Shown here: one piece after another, positions 31,278 through 41,398 of the stretch | How positions within the stretch are numbered: the first letter of the stretch is position 1 | How the letters are laid out: every line of letters begins with the position of its first letter | Origin: a phage | Length of the DNA stretch: 64,000 nucleotides | Strand: one strand, 5' to 3' | Sequence record: PZ583741.1 | Program-made: the position numbers and the translations under genes | The notes under the pieces: generated by a model | Told to the model about the DNA's origin: nothing | Databases searched by the model: none | What the model saw: only the letters and a program-made list of their open reading frames with translations

Positions 31278-31592
31278 ATGGCAAAGTTCAAACTTTCACT
31301 GGCGGCACTCCCAGACTTTAAGCTACCAGTAAAATTTAAGCTGGCTAACGACCAGGATGTAGAGGTTATCTTTACAGTCAAGCACAAGAAAACATCAGAG
31401 CTTCAGGTGTTACTACAGAAAGAAGACCTGAGTACTAAAGAATTGATTATGGCAATCGCCTCTGATTGGGACTTGGAAGAGGAATATAACGAGGATAACG
31501 TTAATGAGTTCTCTGACCTGTTCCCAGCTTCAACCGTTGCCCTTACTACCGCTTATATGCAAGCGCTTGCTGGTCAGCGAGTAAAAAACTAA
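31278..31592 (+). CDS. tail assembly chaperone (G-like)
   Basis: 104 aa acidic protein directly upstream of tape measure; ends at slippery site. Confidence 0.55.
   Translation: MAKFKLSLAALPDFKLPVKFKLANDQDVEVIFTVKHKKTSELQVLLQKEDLSTKELIMAIASDWDLEEEYNEDNVNEFSDLFPASTVALTTAYMQALAGQRVKN
31583..31589 (+). other. slippery heptamer A_AAA_AAC for programmed -1 ribosomal frameshift
   Basis: Codons gtA AAA AAC then TAA; the -1 frame is open through 31912. Confidence 0.5.
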
Positions 31593-31912
31593 AACGAGCG
31601 GTGTATCTACAGTACCAGTCAGAGCCAACTGATGCCGAACTGGAAGCTATTGGGATGCGCCGCTCTGATTACGAAGACGAAGAGCCTGAGGTTTTGCACT
31701 TTGACGACAACATGATGAAGGCGTGGGACATTTATTGCTCAATGGCTACGCAGTGGAGAGTCGGAGCTAACGGAGCTACAGGCCTAGATTACAACGTGCT
31801 AAACTTCCTCTTTAGAGTGTATAATGTTTCTGAAGAAGAATTGGTACTCAGCGATTTACGCATCCTTGAAGCTAAGGCTCTTGAGATGATGGATAACCTG
31901 AGAAAAAAATAA
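31589..31912 (+). CDS. -1 frame extension of tail assembly chaperone (GT-like fusion C-terminus)
   Basis: ORF 31601..31912 lies in the -1 frame relative to 31278..31592. Confidence 0.45.
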   Translation, partial: LKRAVYLQYQSEPTDAELEAIGMRRSDYEDEEPEVLHFDDNMMKAWDIYCSMATQWRVGANGATGLDYNVLNFLFRVYNVSEEELVLSDLRILEAKALEMMDNLRKK

Positions 31913-31933
31913 CCCGCTTCGGCGGGTTTTCTA
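31912..31933 (+). terminator. hairpin acccgc-ttcg-gcgggt with short U-run
   Basis: Read directly. Confidence 0.5.
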
Positions 31934-31947
31934 TTATGGAGGCTTAG

Positions 31948-34923
31948 ATGGCAACAAATGAATTAGCCGGAATCACACTAGCCGTAGACGTCTCGCAGGT
32001 AGACAGGGGAACGCAATCCCTACAAAAGTTCAGACAGGCCAACCAACAGGCTGCATCTGGGATTAGTGAGTTCGTCAATGCTGAGCAGGTTGCTAAAAAC
32101 CAGGCTAGAGATACCGCTCGCGCACTTGCTGAGCAACAGGCATCTTTAGCTAAATTGCAAACAGCTATTGACCCAACTGCGGCAAAATTCCGCAAGCTGC
32201 AGGAGGCTGCTGTAGGTCTTGATAAGGCGTTCGCTGCTGGAGTGGTTCCCGATGAGGAGTTTTTCCGCTTAGGCGAGGCACTTGAAACGCAGAATGCAAA
32301 ACTTGCTCGTTCACGTGCGGCGCTAACTGAAGAGGGTAGAGCAGCTGCTCAGGCTGCAAAAGATAAAGCAAAAGCAAAGGCTGAAGCGGATAGATTTATC
32401 GCATCACTTGAGCGTCAGGCTCAGGCGGCAACATTGACGCGTGAGGAGTACCTAAAGTTACAAGCGGCCCAGCTTGGAGTAAGTTCTCAGGCAGCGCCTA
32501 TTATTGACAGAATCGCCGATGCATCACAGAAGGCAAACACCCAGCTAATTGCTCAGAGCAAGGCTTTTCAACGATCTGGCTTAAGCGCTGGTCAATACAA
32601 GAACGCAATTTCTCAGCTGCCAGCGCAGATTACTGATATTGGCACGTCGCTTGCTGGCGGCATTCCTATTTGGCTTATTGCAATTCAGCAAGGTGGGCAG
32701 ATCAAGGATTCATTTGGCGGTATTGGTAACACCTTTAGATTCGCGCTTGCAGCCTTAAACCCATTTAATGTAGCTGTTGGTGTTTTGGGTGGCGCACTTA
32801 TTGCTCTTGGTGTTGGTGCAGCTCAGGCTGAAAGTGAATTCAGAGCATTAAACTCCGCAATTGCTTTCTCCAACAACTCTACAATCGCATCAATCTCACA
32901 GGTTAGAGAGTTGGTTAGCTCTGTTTATGATGCAACAGGTGCTACCAGAGGACTTGTGACTAGCATCGCAACAAGCCTTATTGAGCAAGGGAACCTTACG
33001 CTGACGCAGATTGACAAGATTACTAAATCGACCGCAAGATGGGCGCAGTTGACAGGTAAGGATGCGAAGGAGATTACTGGTTACTATAACCAGATTGCAA
33101 GCGACCCAATCCAGGGTTTAGTTGATTTGGATAAGCGCTTTAACTTCCTCACACAGGGGCAGTTGACGACAATCGAAAACCTGAGAAAGACAAAGGGAGA
33201 AGTTGAGGCCGTTACTGCTGCGATTGATATTTTCAGCAAGTCTCAGGAAGCCAACCTTAACGACATAGCTGCGCAGTTAACTCCGCTTGAGCTAGCCTGG
33301 AATGATTTCAGAAAGTACATCTCTGATATCTGGGATGCAATTAGTCGTAGAACTGTCGGGGCGCTGAACCTATTTGTTGACGTAATCGCCGGAACGATTG
33401 AACAGATCAGGGTATTCATTAACCAGGGTGATGTTCTGATTGGTGAATTCGTAATTAGCGCAACTCAGGCATTGCAGAACATTCCTGGTCTTGATGGCGT
33501 TGGTGATGATGTTATCAAGGGGCAGCAGAAGATTATCGATGCCGCCAAGAAGCAAAACCTTGAGCTAGAGAAGTCTATCAAGGAGCGAGATGCCAGAATC
33601 AGAGAGGGAGAGCTTGGTTACGTTACTCGCAGAGAAAATCAGAATACAAATGAGCAATCAGGGACAGATGAGGAATTTGCAAAAAGGAAGAAGGCGCTTC
33701 AGGATGAGCTTGATGCGATCAAGAAGAACAGGAAAGAAGAAAATAGTAGGGTTAAGGAGCAAAGAGATTTAACAATTGGTTATGAATCTGGCGTTCTGGC
33801 GCTTCAGGCTCAACTCAAGGTGCTTCAGGAAAACAGGGATATTGGCGCAGTAATAAGCAATGAGCGCAAGCAGTATCTTCATGAGGAGGCCAAATTCAGG
33901 ATTCTTGAGCAGAGACAACTTGATGGCTCAATTACCAAAGAGCAAGCAAGACTTCTCATTGAAAAGGATAAAGTTCTTGAGTTAGCCAGACAGAAGGCTG
34001 AGCTAGGTGATCAGATTGCTTTGCAGGAGCGAGCTAATAAGTTAGCTGAAGATAACCGCAAGAAGATTCTTCAGATTAACAATGAGGCAAGTAACATTGA
34101 TTTGGGTGCTGGTTTATCATCTCGCGAGCAGCAGAGAGCCAAAGAGATTCAGGCTCTTCAATCCAATCAGGTTAATGCTGGTGGTTCTGTTGATGATGTT
34201 GATTTTCAGCAACTTCTCGAAGCAAGACGTAACTTTTATGCTCAGGAGGATGCGCTACGTGAAAACTGGCTCGCTGGCGTGAACCAATCCTTTGCTAACT
34301 GGGCTGAGAGCGCGACAGATGCATTCTCAATTGCTGGAAGTTTAACCACGACAGTCTTTGAAGGTATTACAGACCAGATTACAAACCTTGTAACCACTGG
34401 TGAGACGAACTTCAGGGAATTTACTGTTAGCATCCTTAAGCAGATTGCTAAGATTGCAACCCAGCTTCTTATTGTTAAGGCTATTGAGTCTAGCTTAAGT
34501 AGCTTCGGTGGCACCGGTGGCGCTATTGGTTCGATTGCATCTGGTTTTGGGTTCGCTGGTGGCGGATACACTGGTGACGGCGGGAAGTATCAGCCAGCAG
34601 GAACGGTACACCGCGGTGAGTTTGTATTCACAAAAGAAGCAACAAGCCGAATTGGTGTTAAGAACCTATACGCACTAATGAAGGGTTACGCAAACGGCGG
34701 CGCTGTAGGCGGTCCATCTGGTTATGCTAATGGCGGATTGGTTTCTGGTGGAACTGATGTTAATGTTAGCGGCATCACTGTTAACGTGAACTCTGGTGTT
34801 GGAAGTGATCAAGAACAAGCTAAGGCACTGCAAAATGGAGTTAAGGCAATCGTAGCTGAAGAGATTGCTCAGTCCTTCCAGCAGGGTGGCAGGGCGTATG
34901 CTTACCTTCGCGGATTCAACTAA
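31948..34923 (+). CDS. tail tape measure protein
   Basis: 991 aa, long coiled-coil Ala/Gln/Lys-rich regions, Gly-rich C-terminus. Confidence 0.8.
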   Translation: MATNELAGITLAVDVSQVDRGTQSLQKFRQANQQAASGISEFVNAEQVAKNQARDTARALAEQQASLAKLQTAIDPTAAKFRKLQEAAVGLDKAFAAGVVPDEEFFRLGEALETQNAKLARSRAALTEEGRAAAQAAKDKAKAKAEADRFIASLERQAQAATLTREEYLKLQAAQLGVSSQAAPIIDRIADASQKANTQLIAQSKAFQRSGLSAGQYKNAISQLPAQITDIGTSLAGGIPIWLIAIQQGGQIKDSFGGIGNTFRFALAALNPFNVAVGVLGGALIALGVGAAQAESEFRALNSAIAFSNNSTIASISQVRELVSSVYDATGATRGLVTSIATSLIEQGNLTLTQIDKITKSTARWAQLTGKDAKEITGYYNQIASDPIQGLVDLDKRFNFLTQGQLTTIENLRKTKGEVEAVTAAIDIFSKSQEANLNDIAAQLTPLELAWNDFRKYISDIWDAISRRTVGALNLFVDVIAGTIEQIRVFINQGDVLIGEFVISATQALQNIPGLDGVGDDVIKGQQKIIDAAKKQNLELEKSIKERDARIREGELGYVTRRENQNTNEQSGTDEEFAKRKKALQDELDAIKKNRKEENSRVKEQRDLTIGYESGVLALQAQLKVLQENRDIGAVISNERKQYLHEEAKFRILEQRQLDGSITKEQARLLIEKDKVLELARQKAELGDQIALQERANKLAEDNRKKILQINNEASNIDLGAGLSSREQQRAKEIQALQSNQVNAGGSVDDVDFQQLLEARRNFYAQEDALRENWLAGVNQSFANWAESATDAFSIAGSLTTTVFEGITDQITNLVTTGETNFREFTVSILKQIAKIATQLLIVKAIESSLSSFGGTGGAIGSIASGFGFAGGGYTGDGGKYQPAGTVHRGEFVFTKEATSRIGVKNLYALMKGYANGGAVGGPSGYANGGLVSGGTDVNVSGITVNVNSGVGSDQEQAKALQNGVKAIVAEEIAQSFQQGGRAYAYLRGFN

Positions 34924-34953
34924 TTAACGGGGCTTCGGCCCCTAAGGATTTTT

Positions 34954-35304
34954 ATGGCTATTGATACATTTAATTACTGCACTCAAGTCCAAAATGGAGG
35001 CGGCTCATTCTCTAACACAAACAATGTGAGAATTGTTAGTTTTGGCAATGGTTACGAGCAGCGTGGAACGGGTGGCTATCGCAGCAATAAGCGAAGCTAC
35101 CAGATGACATACACCAACAAGGACTGGCGCGAGGTGATGGACTTTTGCTTCAATCACATCATCACACCATTCTTCTGGAAAACACCGCAAGGTGATACTT
35201 CTATGTTTGTTATTCAGCAGGATAGCATTTCAGTTACACCAATTAGTAGCGAAGTTCAGACTGTAAACATGCAATTCGTGGAAGTCTTTAGCTCAATGCG
35301 TTAA
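34954..35304 (+). CDS. minor tail protein (lambda M-like position)
   Basis: 116 aa directly after tape measure. Confidence 0.45.
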   Translation: MAIDTFNYCTQVQNGGGSFSNTNNVRIVSFGNGYEQRGTGGYRSNKRSYQMTYTNKDWREVMDFCFNHIITPFFWKTPQGDTSMFVIQQDSISVTPISSEVQTVNMQFVEVFSSMR

Positions 35305-35342
35305 ACTAAGCCCTATTAGGGGCTTTTTTATTGGAGATATAT

Positions 35343-36098
35343 ATGTTAAGTCCAAAGTTTGAAAATCAGTTGCAAAGCCTTTTCCCGGGTGAGATTGTTA
35401 CTCTAATCCAGGTTGACGGAACCTCATTTGGAAGTCTCGTTTATTCGTTCCATAATGAGAACATTTCATACACACCAGAAGAGATTATGCTAGCCCAAAT
35501 GAATGGCGAGCCACTGCCAGAGAAGACAATTACATTCCGCGGCGAAGAGTATGGCCCAAGACCATTTGGTATCTCTGGTATCAATATGACTTCTGACGGC
35601 AAGGCTAACAAGGTTACGTTAACGGTATCAAACGTGGACCAGCGCATTAGCGCATTGATTCGCACATATAACGGACTTGTTAAGGCAAAGGTTACTATCT
35701 GGATCACCACGCGCGACAATATCAATGAAGACGGAAGTATTGCTGATGGGGACTATCGCAGATTTGTTTACTTCATTGAGAGGCCAAAGCAGGTTGATTA
35801 CAAAACGGCATCATTTGAGCTAAGTAGCCCGATGGATATGGATGGCATTTACATCCCAGCGAGACTTGTTCAGTCAGTTTGCTATTGGGCCTCTAGGGGT
35901 TGGTATCGTAGCGGTAATGGTTGCGACTATGCTGGCAATAGATACTTCAATAAGGATGATGAGCCAGTGGCAGACCCTTCATTAGACTTCTGTGCAGGAA
36001 CAGTTAACAGTTGCAAGCTTAGATTTGGTGAGAATAACCAACTTTCATTTGGTGGCTGCGCGGCGGCAAGCCTTCAGGCAAAGGCGAATCAGAGTTAA
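35343..36098 (+). CDS. minor tail protein (lambda L-like position)
   Basis: ATG 35343 (track 35331 is a TTG); C-terminal Cys cluster. Confidence 0.45.
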   Translation: MLSPKFENQLQSLFPGEIVTLIQVDGTSFGSLVYSFHNENISYTPEEIMLAQMNGEPLPEKTITFRGEEYGPRPFGISGINMTSDGKANKVTLTVSNVDQRISALIRTYNGLVKAKVTIWITTRDNINEDGSIADGDYRRFVYFIERPKQVDYKTASFELSSPMDMDGIYIPARLVQSVCYWASRGWYRSGNGCDYAGNRYFNKDDEPVADPSLDFCAGTVNSCKLRFGENNQLSFGGCAAASLQAKANQS

Positions 36099-36116
36099 AT
36101 AGCACTTTTTGCTAAA
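36099..36116 (+). promoter_or_regulatory. B cassette motif, variant (atagcactttttgctaaa)
   Basis: Then ggatggcgTATAGTtacc and cacacaaacgagagg. Confidence 0.5.
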
Positions 36117-36171
36117 GACGAACAGCAAAGGATGGCGTATAGTTACCTCACACAAACGAGAGGATATAAAA

Positions 36172-36531
36172 ATGTTCTACATTGAATTCAACGGATACAG
36201 AAAAGACAAAGGAGAGTGCGGTGGTTTATTTTCTGTTGGTAAAACTTACGCATGTGATGTTGTTGACTCAGGCTATCAGGTTATGGATGATGAAGGTAAA
36301 GCTGTAAAATTTAGAAGCATGTTTTATGATAATTATTACATCTTTTCACGAGTTGAACATAATGAGGTGGAGGTCAATTTGTTAAGTGATACGAATGATG
36401 GCAAGATGAAATATAGAATGAATGGTATTGATGTTACTAAGTCATTCTTTGATGAAAAACTGATTGAGGCTGAGGGGCTTAAATCCAAGGGTGTTTCAGT
36501 GCTTATAGATTTTGAGGTTTATTTTGAATAA
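36172..36531 (+). CDS. cassette-associated hypothetical protein (paralog of 24195..24527)
   Basis: 119 aa ending FEVYFE; inserted between tail genes. Confidence 0.45.
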   Translation: MFYIEFNGYRKDKGECGGLFSVGKTYACDVVDSGYQVMDDEGKAVKFRSMFYDNYYIFSRVEHNEVEVNLLSDTNDGKMKYRMNGIDVTKSFFDEKLIEAEGLKSKGVSVLIDFEVYFE

Positions 36532-36589
36532 ACTAAATTAGTGTTAAACTAGGTCAATCGAAAGGTTGGCCTTTTTTATTGGAGATAAA

Positions 36590-37348
36590 ATGTTAACACC
36601 AAAAGTTAAGCTGGAAATCTTCCAGCACGCAAAAGAAGTCTTCCCGCATGAGTGCTGCGGGATTGTTACGCAGAAAGGTAGGGCGCAGAAATACCACAGA
36701 ATCAAGAACGCCAGCAAAGACCCTGAAAATGAATTCATCCTTGATTCAAATGAGTATGCAGATGTTCTCTTTGAGTTGGCTCACAATGAATCTATTGTTT
36801 ACGTAGTCCACTCCCATACTGGTGATGGAGCGACAACGAGGCCTAGCCCAGCAGATATCTGTAGCTGCAATGAATGCGAGATTCCGTATGTTATCGTAAG
36901 TATCCCAGAGGGAGATATGCGGATTCTTGAGCCATCAACCATGCCTCTGATTGGTCGCCCATGGGGGCTTGGTAGCTTTGATTGCTGGGGGCTGGTTATG
37001 TCGTTTCACAAGAAATACGGCGTCAAACTGAATGACTACCGAGTTAATTACCAGTGGTGGGAGAAGAAGTACAGCGAAAATATCTATGACGACAACTGGA
37101 TTAAGGAAGGATTTGAACTGGTAAAAACTTCAGATATTCCAATTGGCTCAATGATTATGATGCAGGTGCAAAGCGAGGTTACTAACCACGCAGGAATCTA
37201 CATTGGCAATAACAGATTCATACATCACCTTTATGGTAAAATGAGTTCTATAGATATTTATTCCGATTACTGGCGCGAGCGCACGGTGCGAATCGTTCGC
37301 CACAAGGATTTAACGGAGGATGTGAGTTATGACCAAGAAACTGATTGA
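36590..37348 (+). CDS. tail assembly protein K-like (JAB/MPN plus NlpC/P60-like)
   Basis: HECCGIV...VHSHTGDG JAB-like motif; C...H residues in C-terminal half. Confidence 0.55.
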   Translation: MLTPKVKLEIFQHAKEVFPHECCGIVTQKGRAQKYHRIKNASKDPENEFILDSNEYADVLFELAHNESIVYVVHSHTGDGATTRPSPADICSCNECEIPYVIVSIPEGDMRILEPSTMPLIGRPWGLGSFDCWGLVMSFHKKYGVKLNDYRVNYQWWEKKYSENIYDDNWIKEGFELVKTSDIPIGSMIMMQVQSEVTNHAGIYIGNNRFIHHLYGKMSSIDIYSDYWRERTVRIVRHKDLTEDVSYDQETD

Positions 37349-37901
37349 TATTAAGTTGGGCTTATCGCTTGGTCGAAAGTTTGGCAAGATTCACCAAATG
37401 GCAGTTAGTAGCGTGCCAGAGGCAATGCGAGCGCTTTGCTCTCAGATTCCCGCCTTCAAGGAGTTCATGAATAGCCATGTGGGGCAAAACACAAAGTACG
37501 CCGTTTTCGTTGATGGTAAAAATGTGAATGAGCATCGAATCTCTGATTTTAGTGCCGTTCAGGAGATACGCATCTTACCAATCCCTCAAGGCCGCAAGTC
37601 AGGTGGGTTATTTCAGACAATCCTAGGTGCCGCGCTTATCACGGTTGGTATCTTTACTGGTCAGATTTATCTTGTTGGTGCTGGTGTGTCTTTGGCGGCG
37701 GGTGGTATTGCTCAGCTACTTTCACCACAAGCAACTGGATTAAAGACCCAGAACAACCAAACGAGCAACCGTGCATCATATGCATTTGGCTCAGCAGTAA
37801 ACACGGTAGCAGCTGGTTATCCGGTTTGTCTTCCATATGGCTACAGAACGGTTGGCGGCTCTGTATTTTCGGCCAGCTCATATAGTGAAGACATTGCTTA
37901 A
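37329..37901 (+). CDS. tail assembly protein I-like
   Basis: 190 aa with hydrophobic C-terminal segment; position between K-like and J-like. Confidence 0.45.
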   Translation: MTKKLIDIKLGLSLGRKFGKIHQMAVSSVPEAMRALCSQIPAFKEFMNSHVGQNTKYAVFVDGKNVNEHRISDFSAVQEIRILPIPQGRKSGGLFQTILGAALITVGIFTGQIYLVGAGVSLAAGGIAQLLSPQATGLKTQNNQTSNRASYAFGSAVNTVAAGYPVCLPYGYRTVGGSVFSASSYSEDIA

Positions 37902-37908
37902 GTATCAT

Positions 37909-37932
37909 GCCCGCCTAGTGCGGGTTTTTTAT
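37909..37932 (+). terminator. hairpin cccgc-ctagtg-cggg plus T6
   Basis: Read directly. Confidence 0.6.
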
Positions 37933-37942
37933 TTAGTGTAGA

Positions 37943-40900
37943 ATGGCACAAATGATCAAAACAAACATGAGGCTTTGTGATATGGCTGAAGAGATTAAGA
38001 TTTATGGTGCTAAGGGTGGTAGCCAGAAGCAGCACCAACCAGTGGAACAAGAAGACAACCTGATTTCATTAAACAAGGTTAAGGTATTACTTGCGGTTGC
38101 TGACGGCGAGGTGGATCCAAACTTCTCAATGAAGGATTTATACCTTGCTGACGTTCCGGTGCAAAACCAGGATGGCAGCTACAACTACGATGGTGTTCGC
38201 GCTGAGTTCCGTGCTGGTACGCAGTATCAGGACTATATCGCTGGCCTTGATGGTGCTAACTCAGAGATTCAGGCTTCCAGGGAAATCACAAACGACACCC
38301 CGTACATCATTGCGGTTAACAATAACCAGCTATCGGCAATTAGAGTCAAACTTTTTTGGCCTCGGTTGGTTAAGCAAGAAAGTAACGGCGACCTTGTCGG
38401 AACTACGTGCGAGTATGCGATTGACCTTTCCGTTAATGGTGGTTCTTACCAGGAATACACTCGCGGAGTTGCTAACGGGAAGACCACTACAGGTTACGAC
38501 CGCAGCATTCGCGTGAACCTTCCTGCAGAGTTTGATAGCGCATTGGTTCGCATCCGTAAGATTACAGCAGATTCAACAAGTAGCACGCTGGTTAACGGAA
38601 TGCAGATTACAACCTATCAGGAAGTAATCGACGCTAAATTCCGCTATCCGCTTACGGCACTTGTTTATGTTGAGTTCGGCTCTGACTTGTTCCCTAACGG
38701 AATCCCGACAATCTCAATCAAGAAGCGATGGAAGTTAATTCAGGTCCCAACGAACTATGATCCTGAGACTAGAACCTACAGCGGCACGTGGAATGGCCTG
38801 TTCAAGATGGCATGGTCAAACAACCCGGCGTGGGTTCTCTATGACTTAGTGACAAACCGCCGATATGGTCTTGAACAGCGAGAGCTTGGTGTAGAGATTG
38901 ATAAATGGGGACTGTATGAAGCTGCGCAATTCTGCGACCAGATGGTGCCGAATGGTAAGGGTGGAATGGAACCGCGATATCTATGCGACATGGTTGTACA
39001 GAACAAGGTTGAGGCATACACACTAATTCGTGACATTTGCTCAATCTTTCGTGGACTGACTTTCTATGATGGCGAAAAGATTGGTATCGTGGTTGATAAA
39101 CCTCGCAATCCATCTTACATCTTCACTAATGATAACGTTGTAAACGGATTATTCAGCCGCACTTTTGCCAGCGATAAAAGCCTTTACACTACGGCAAACG
39201 TTCAGTTTGATGATGTGGAGAACAACTATCAGCAGGATGTTGAGCCAGTATTTGAGCTCGAGGCTACTCGCCGATTTGGTTTTAACCCGGTCGACCTAAC
39301 GGCAATTGGATGTACGCGAAGAAGTGAAGCAAACAGACGCGGAAGATGGCTACTGAAAACCAACCTGAGAAGCGAAACCATAAGCTTCACTACCGGGCTG
39401 GAAGGCATGATTCCGATGATTGGTGAGGTGATTGCGGTCAATGACGCGGCATGGTCAAGCAACTATCAGTTAAACCTTTCTGGTCGCATTGAATCAGTTC
39501 AGGGATTGCAGGTTTTCACCCCGTTTAAAGTTGACGCAGCGCCGGGTGACAGAATTCTTCTGAACAAGCCTGACGGAAGTCCAGAAGCAAGAACTATTGC
39601 CAGCGTTTCGGAAGATGGTAGGACAATCAACCTTAACACTGCTTTTAGCTTTGTTGCTCAGCCAGACACGGTATTTGCAATCGACAAGGATAACCTTGCT
39701 CTTCAGCAGTACGTTGTGACAGGGATTCAAAAGGCAGATACTGACGGCTCGGATTCATTCCAGTATACGATTACCGCTGTAGAGTATGACCAGAACAAGT
39801 ATGACGAGATTGACTACGGCGTTAACATCGTTGACCGTCCAACTTCAATTGTTGAGCCTGACAGATTGTCGCCGCCTGAGAACTTAACAGTGTCAAGCTA
39901 CAGTAAGGTTGTTCAGGGCTTGTCAGTTGAGACAATGGTTATCGGATGGGATAAGGCGCCATACGCTAAAACCTACAATGTTCAGTGGAGAAAAGAGAAT
40001 GGTAACTGGATTAACGTACCAAGAACAGCAAGTACAGAGGTTGATATCGAAGGTATTTACGCAGGAATCTATGACGTTAGGGTTCGCAGCGTATCAGATA
40101 CTGAAAACGTGTCCGCCTGGTCTGACATTGTAACGGTATCGCTAACTGGCAAGATTGGTCGTCCCTCTGCACCTACGGTTATCACGGCCTCAAATGATGA
40201 AGTATTTGGTATCCGTGTTAAGTGGGGTTTCCCTGATGGCTCTGGCGATACTGCTTACACTGAACTTCAGCAGGTTGCTGATAATGGTGATGGTACATAC
40301 AATCCTGATAACGCAAGTTTGCTGACGTTGCTTCCATACCCAGCCTATGAATACTGGCATACGCCAATTCAGCCAGGTAAGGTGATTTGGTATCGCGCAA
40401 GATTGATTGACAGAATCGGCAATACCTCTGATTGGTCTGATTTCGCTAGAGGCATGAGTACTGACGACGCCAACATTATCAATGATTACATCAAGGTTGA
40501 TATTGAGGGTTCTGAAGGATTCAAATACCTAGAGCAGAATGCGATTCAAAAGAATCAGGACATTCAGAATCAGGCAGAGTCAATTCTTGAGAACGCATTA
40601 GCTAATGACACTGATGTGCGTCGTATGACTAAGGAGAACGGCAAACGTAAGGCCGAATATGTTCAGGCAGTGAATCTTATAGCTGATGAAACTCAGGCGC
40701 GTGTAGAAGCTCTTACGCAGCTTAAAGCGCAGATAGATGATGAAGTTGTAGCATCGATTACAGAAGTTCAGACAGCGCTAGCCACCGAGACAGAAGCAAG
40801 GACTACTGCAGACACGGCTCTATCAGCAAGATTGGGTGATAACGAGGCGGCTATAAGCCAGAAGTTAGACGCATTCTCCAATGCGACATCTACTGGCGTG

Positions 40901-41368
40901 CAATACGGAATTAGTTTGGGTCTTAAATATAACGGCCAGACTTATTCATCTGGCATGAGCATGGAGCTTGTCGGCACTGGTGGAAATGTTCGTAGTCAAT
41001 TCATTTTTGATGCAAACAGATTCGCAATCAGTAATGGAATTGGTTCTGGTTCTGGTCAGTGGCAACTCCCCTTCGTTGTCGAGAACGGAAACGTAATCAT
41101 CCAAAGTGCAGTAATTGGTGATGGTTCAATCAGTAACGCGAAGATTGGTAACTTCATTCAGTCCAATAACTACGTAGCAGGAACCACAGGTTGGAGGATT
41201 GATAAGTCTGGAAGTGCAGAGCTAAGCAACGCCACTGTAAGAGGTAATCTTTACGCTAACAATGGTAACTTCGCATTCAACGGAACCAATAACACTGTTC
41301 AGATTAACAACAATGGAATTACGGTAAACTTACCGAACGGAGGTAGAGTTGTAGTTGGAGTGTGGTAA
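37943..41368 (+). CDS. central tail fibre / host specificity protein (J-like)
   Basis: 1141 aa, last gene of tail operon; true start may be a downstream Met. Confidence 0.75.
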   Translation: MAQMIKTNMRLCDMAEEIKIYGAKGGSQKQHQPVEQEDNLISLNKVKVLLAVADGEVDPNFSMKDLYLADVPVQNQDGSYNYDGVRAEFRAGTQYQDYIAGLDGANSEIQASREITNDTPYIIAVNNNQLSAIRVKLFWPRLVKQESNGDLVGTTCEYAIDLSVNGGSYQEYTRGVANGKTTTGYDRSIRVNLPAEFDSALVRIRKITADSTSSTLVNGMQITTYQEVIDAKFRYPLTALVYVEFGSDLFPNGIPTISIKKRWKLIQVPTNYDPETRTYSGTWNGLFKMAWSNNPAWVLYDLVTNRRYGLEQRELGVEIDKWGLYEAAQFCDQMVPNGKGGMEPRYLCDMVVQNKVEAYTLIRDICSIFRGLTFYDGEKIGIVVDKPRNPSYIFTNDNVVNGLFSRTFASDKSLYTTANVQFDDVENNYQQDVEPVFELEATRRFGFNPVDLTAIGCTRRSEANRRGRWLLKTNLRSETISFTTGLEGMIPMIGEVIAVNDAAWSSNYQLNLSGRIESVQGLQVFTPFKVDAAPGDRILLNKPDGSPEARTIASVSEDGRTINLNTAFSFVAQPDTVFAIDKDNLALQQYVVTGIQKADTDGSDSFQYTITAVEYDQNKYDEIDYGVNIVDRPTSIVEPDRLSPPENLTVSSYSKVVQGLSVETMVIGWDKAPYAKTYNVQWRKENGNWINVPRTASTEVDIEGIYAGIYDVRVRSVSDTENVSAWSDIVTVSLTGKIGRPSAPTVITASNDEVFGIRVKWGFPDGSGDTAYTELQQVADNGDGTYNPDNASLLTLLPYPAYEYWHTPIQPGKVIWYRARLIDRIGNTSDWSDFARGMSTDDANIINDYIKVDIEGSEGFKYLEQNAIQKNQDIQNQAESILENALANDTDVRRMTKENGKRKAEYVQAVNLIADETQARVEALTQLKAQIDDEVVASITEVQTALATETEARTTADTALSARLGDNEAAISQKLDAFSNATSTGVQYGISLGLKYNGQTYSSGMSMELVGTGGNVRSQFIFDANRFAISNGIGSGSGQWQLPFVVENGNVIIQSAVIGDGSISNAKIGNFIQSNNYVAGTTGWRIDKSGSAELSNATVRGNLYANNGNFAFNGTNNTVQINNNGITVNLPNGGRVVVGVW

Positions 41369-41374
41369 ATGATT

Positions 41375-41396
41375 AGGCCCCTGGTGGGGCCTTTTC
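41375..41396. terminator. hairpin aggcccc-tggt-ggggcct between convergent genes
   Basis: Read directly. Confidence 0.6.
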
Positions 41397-41398
41397 TT

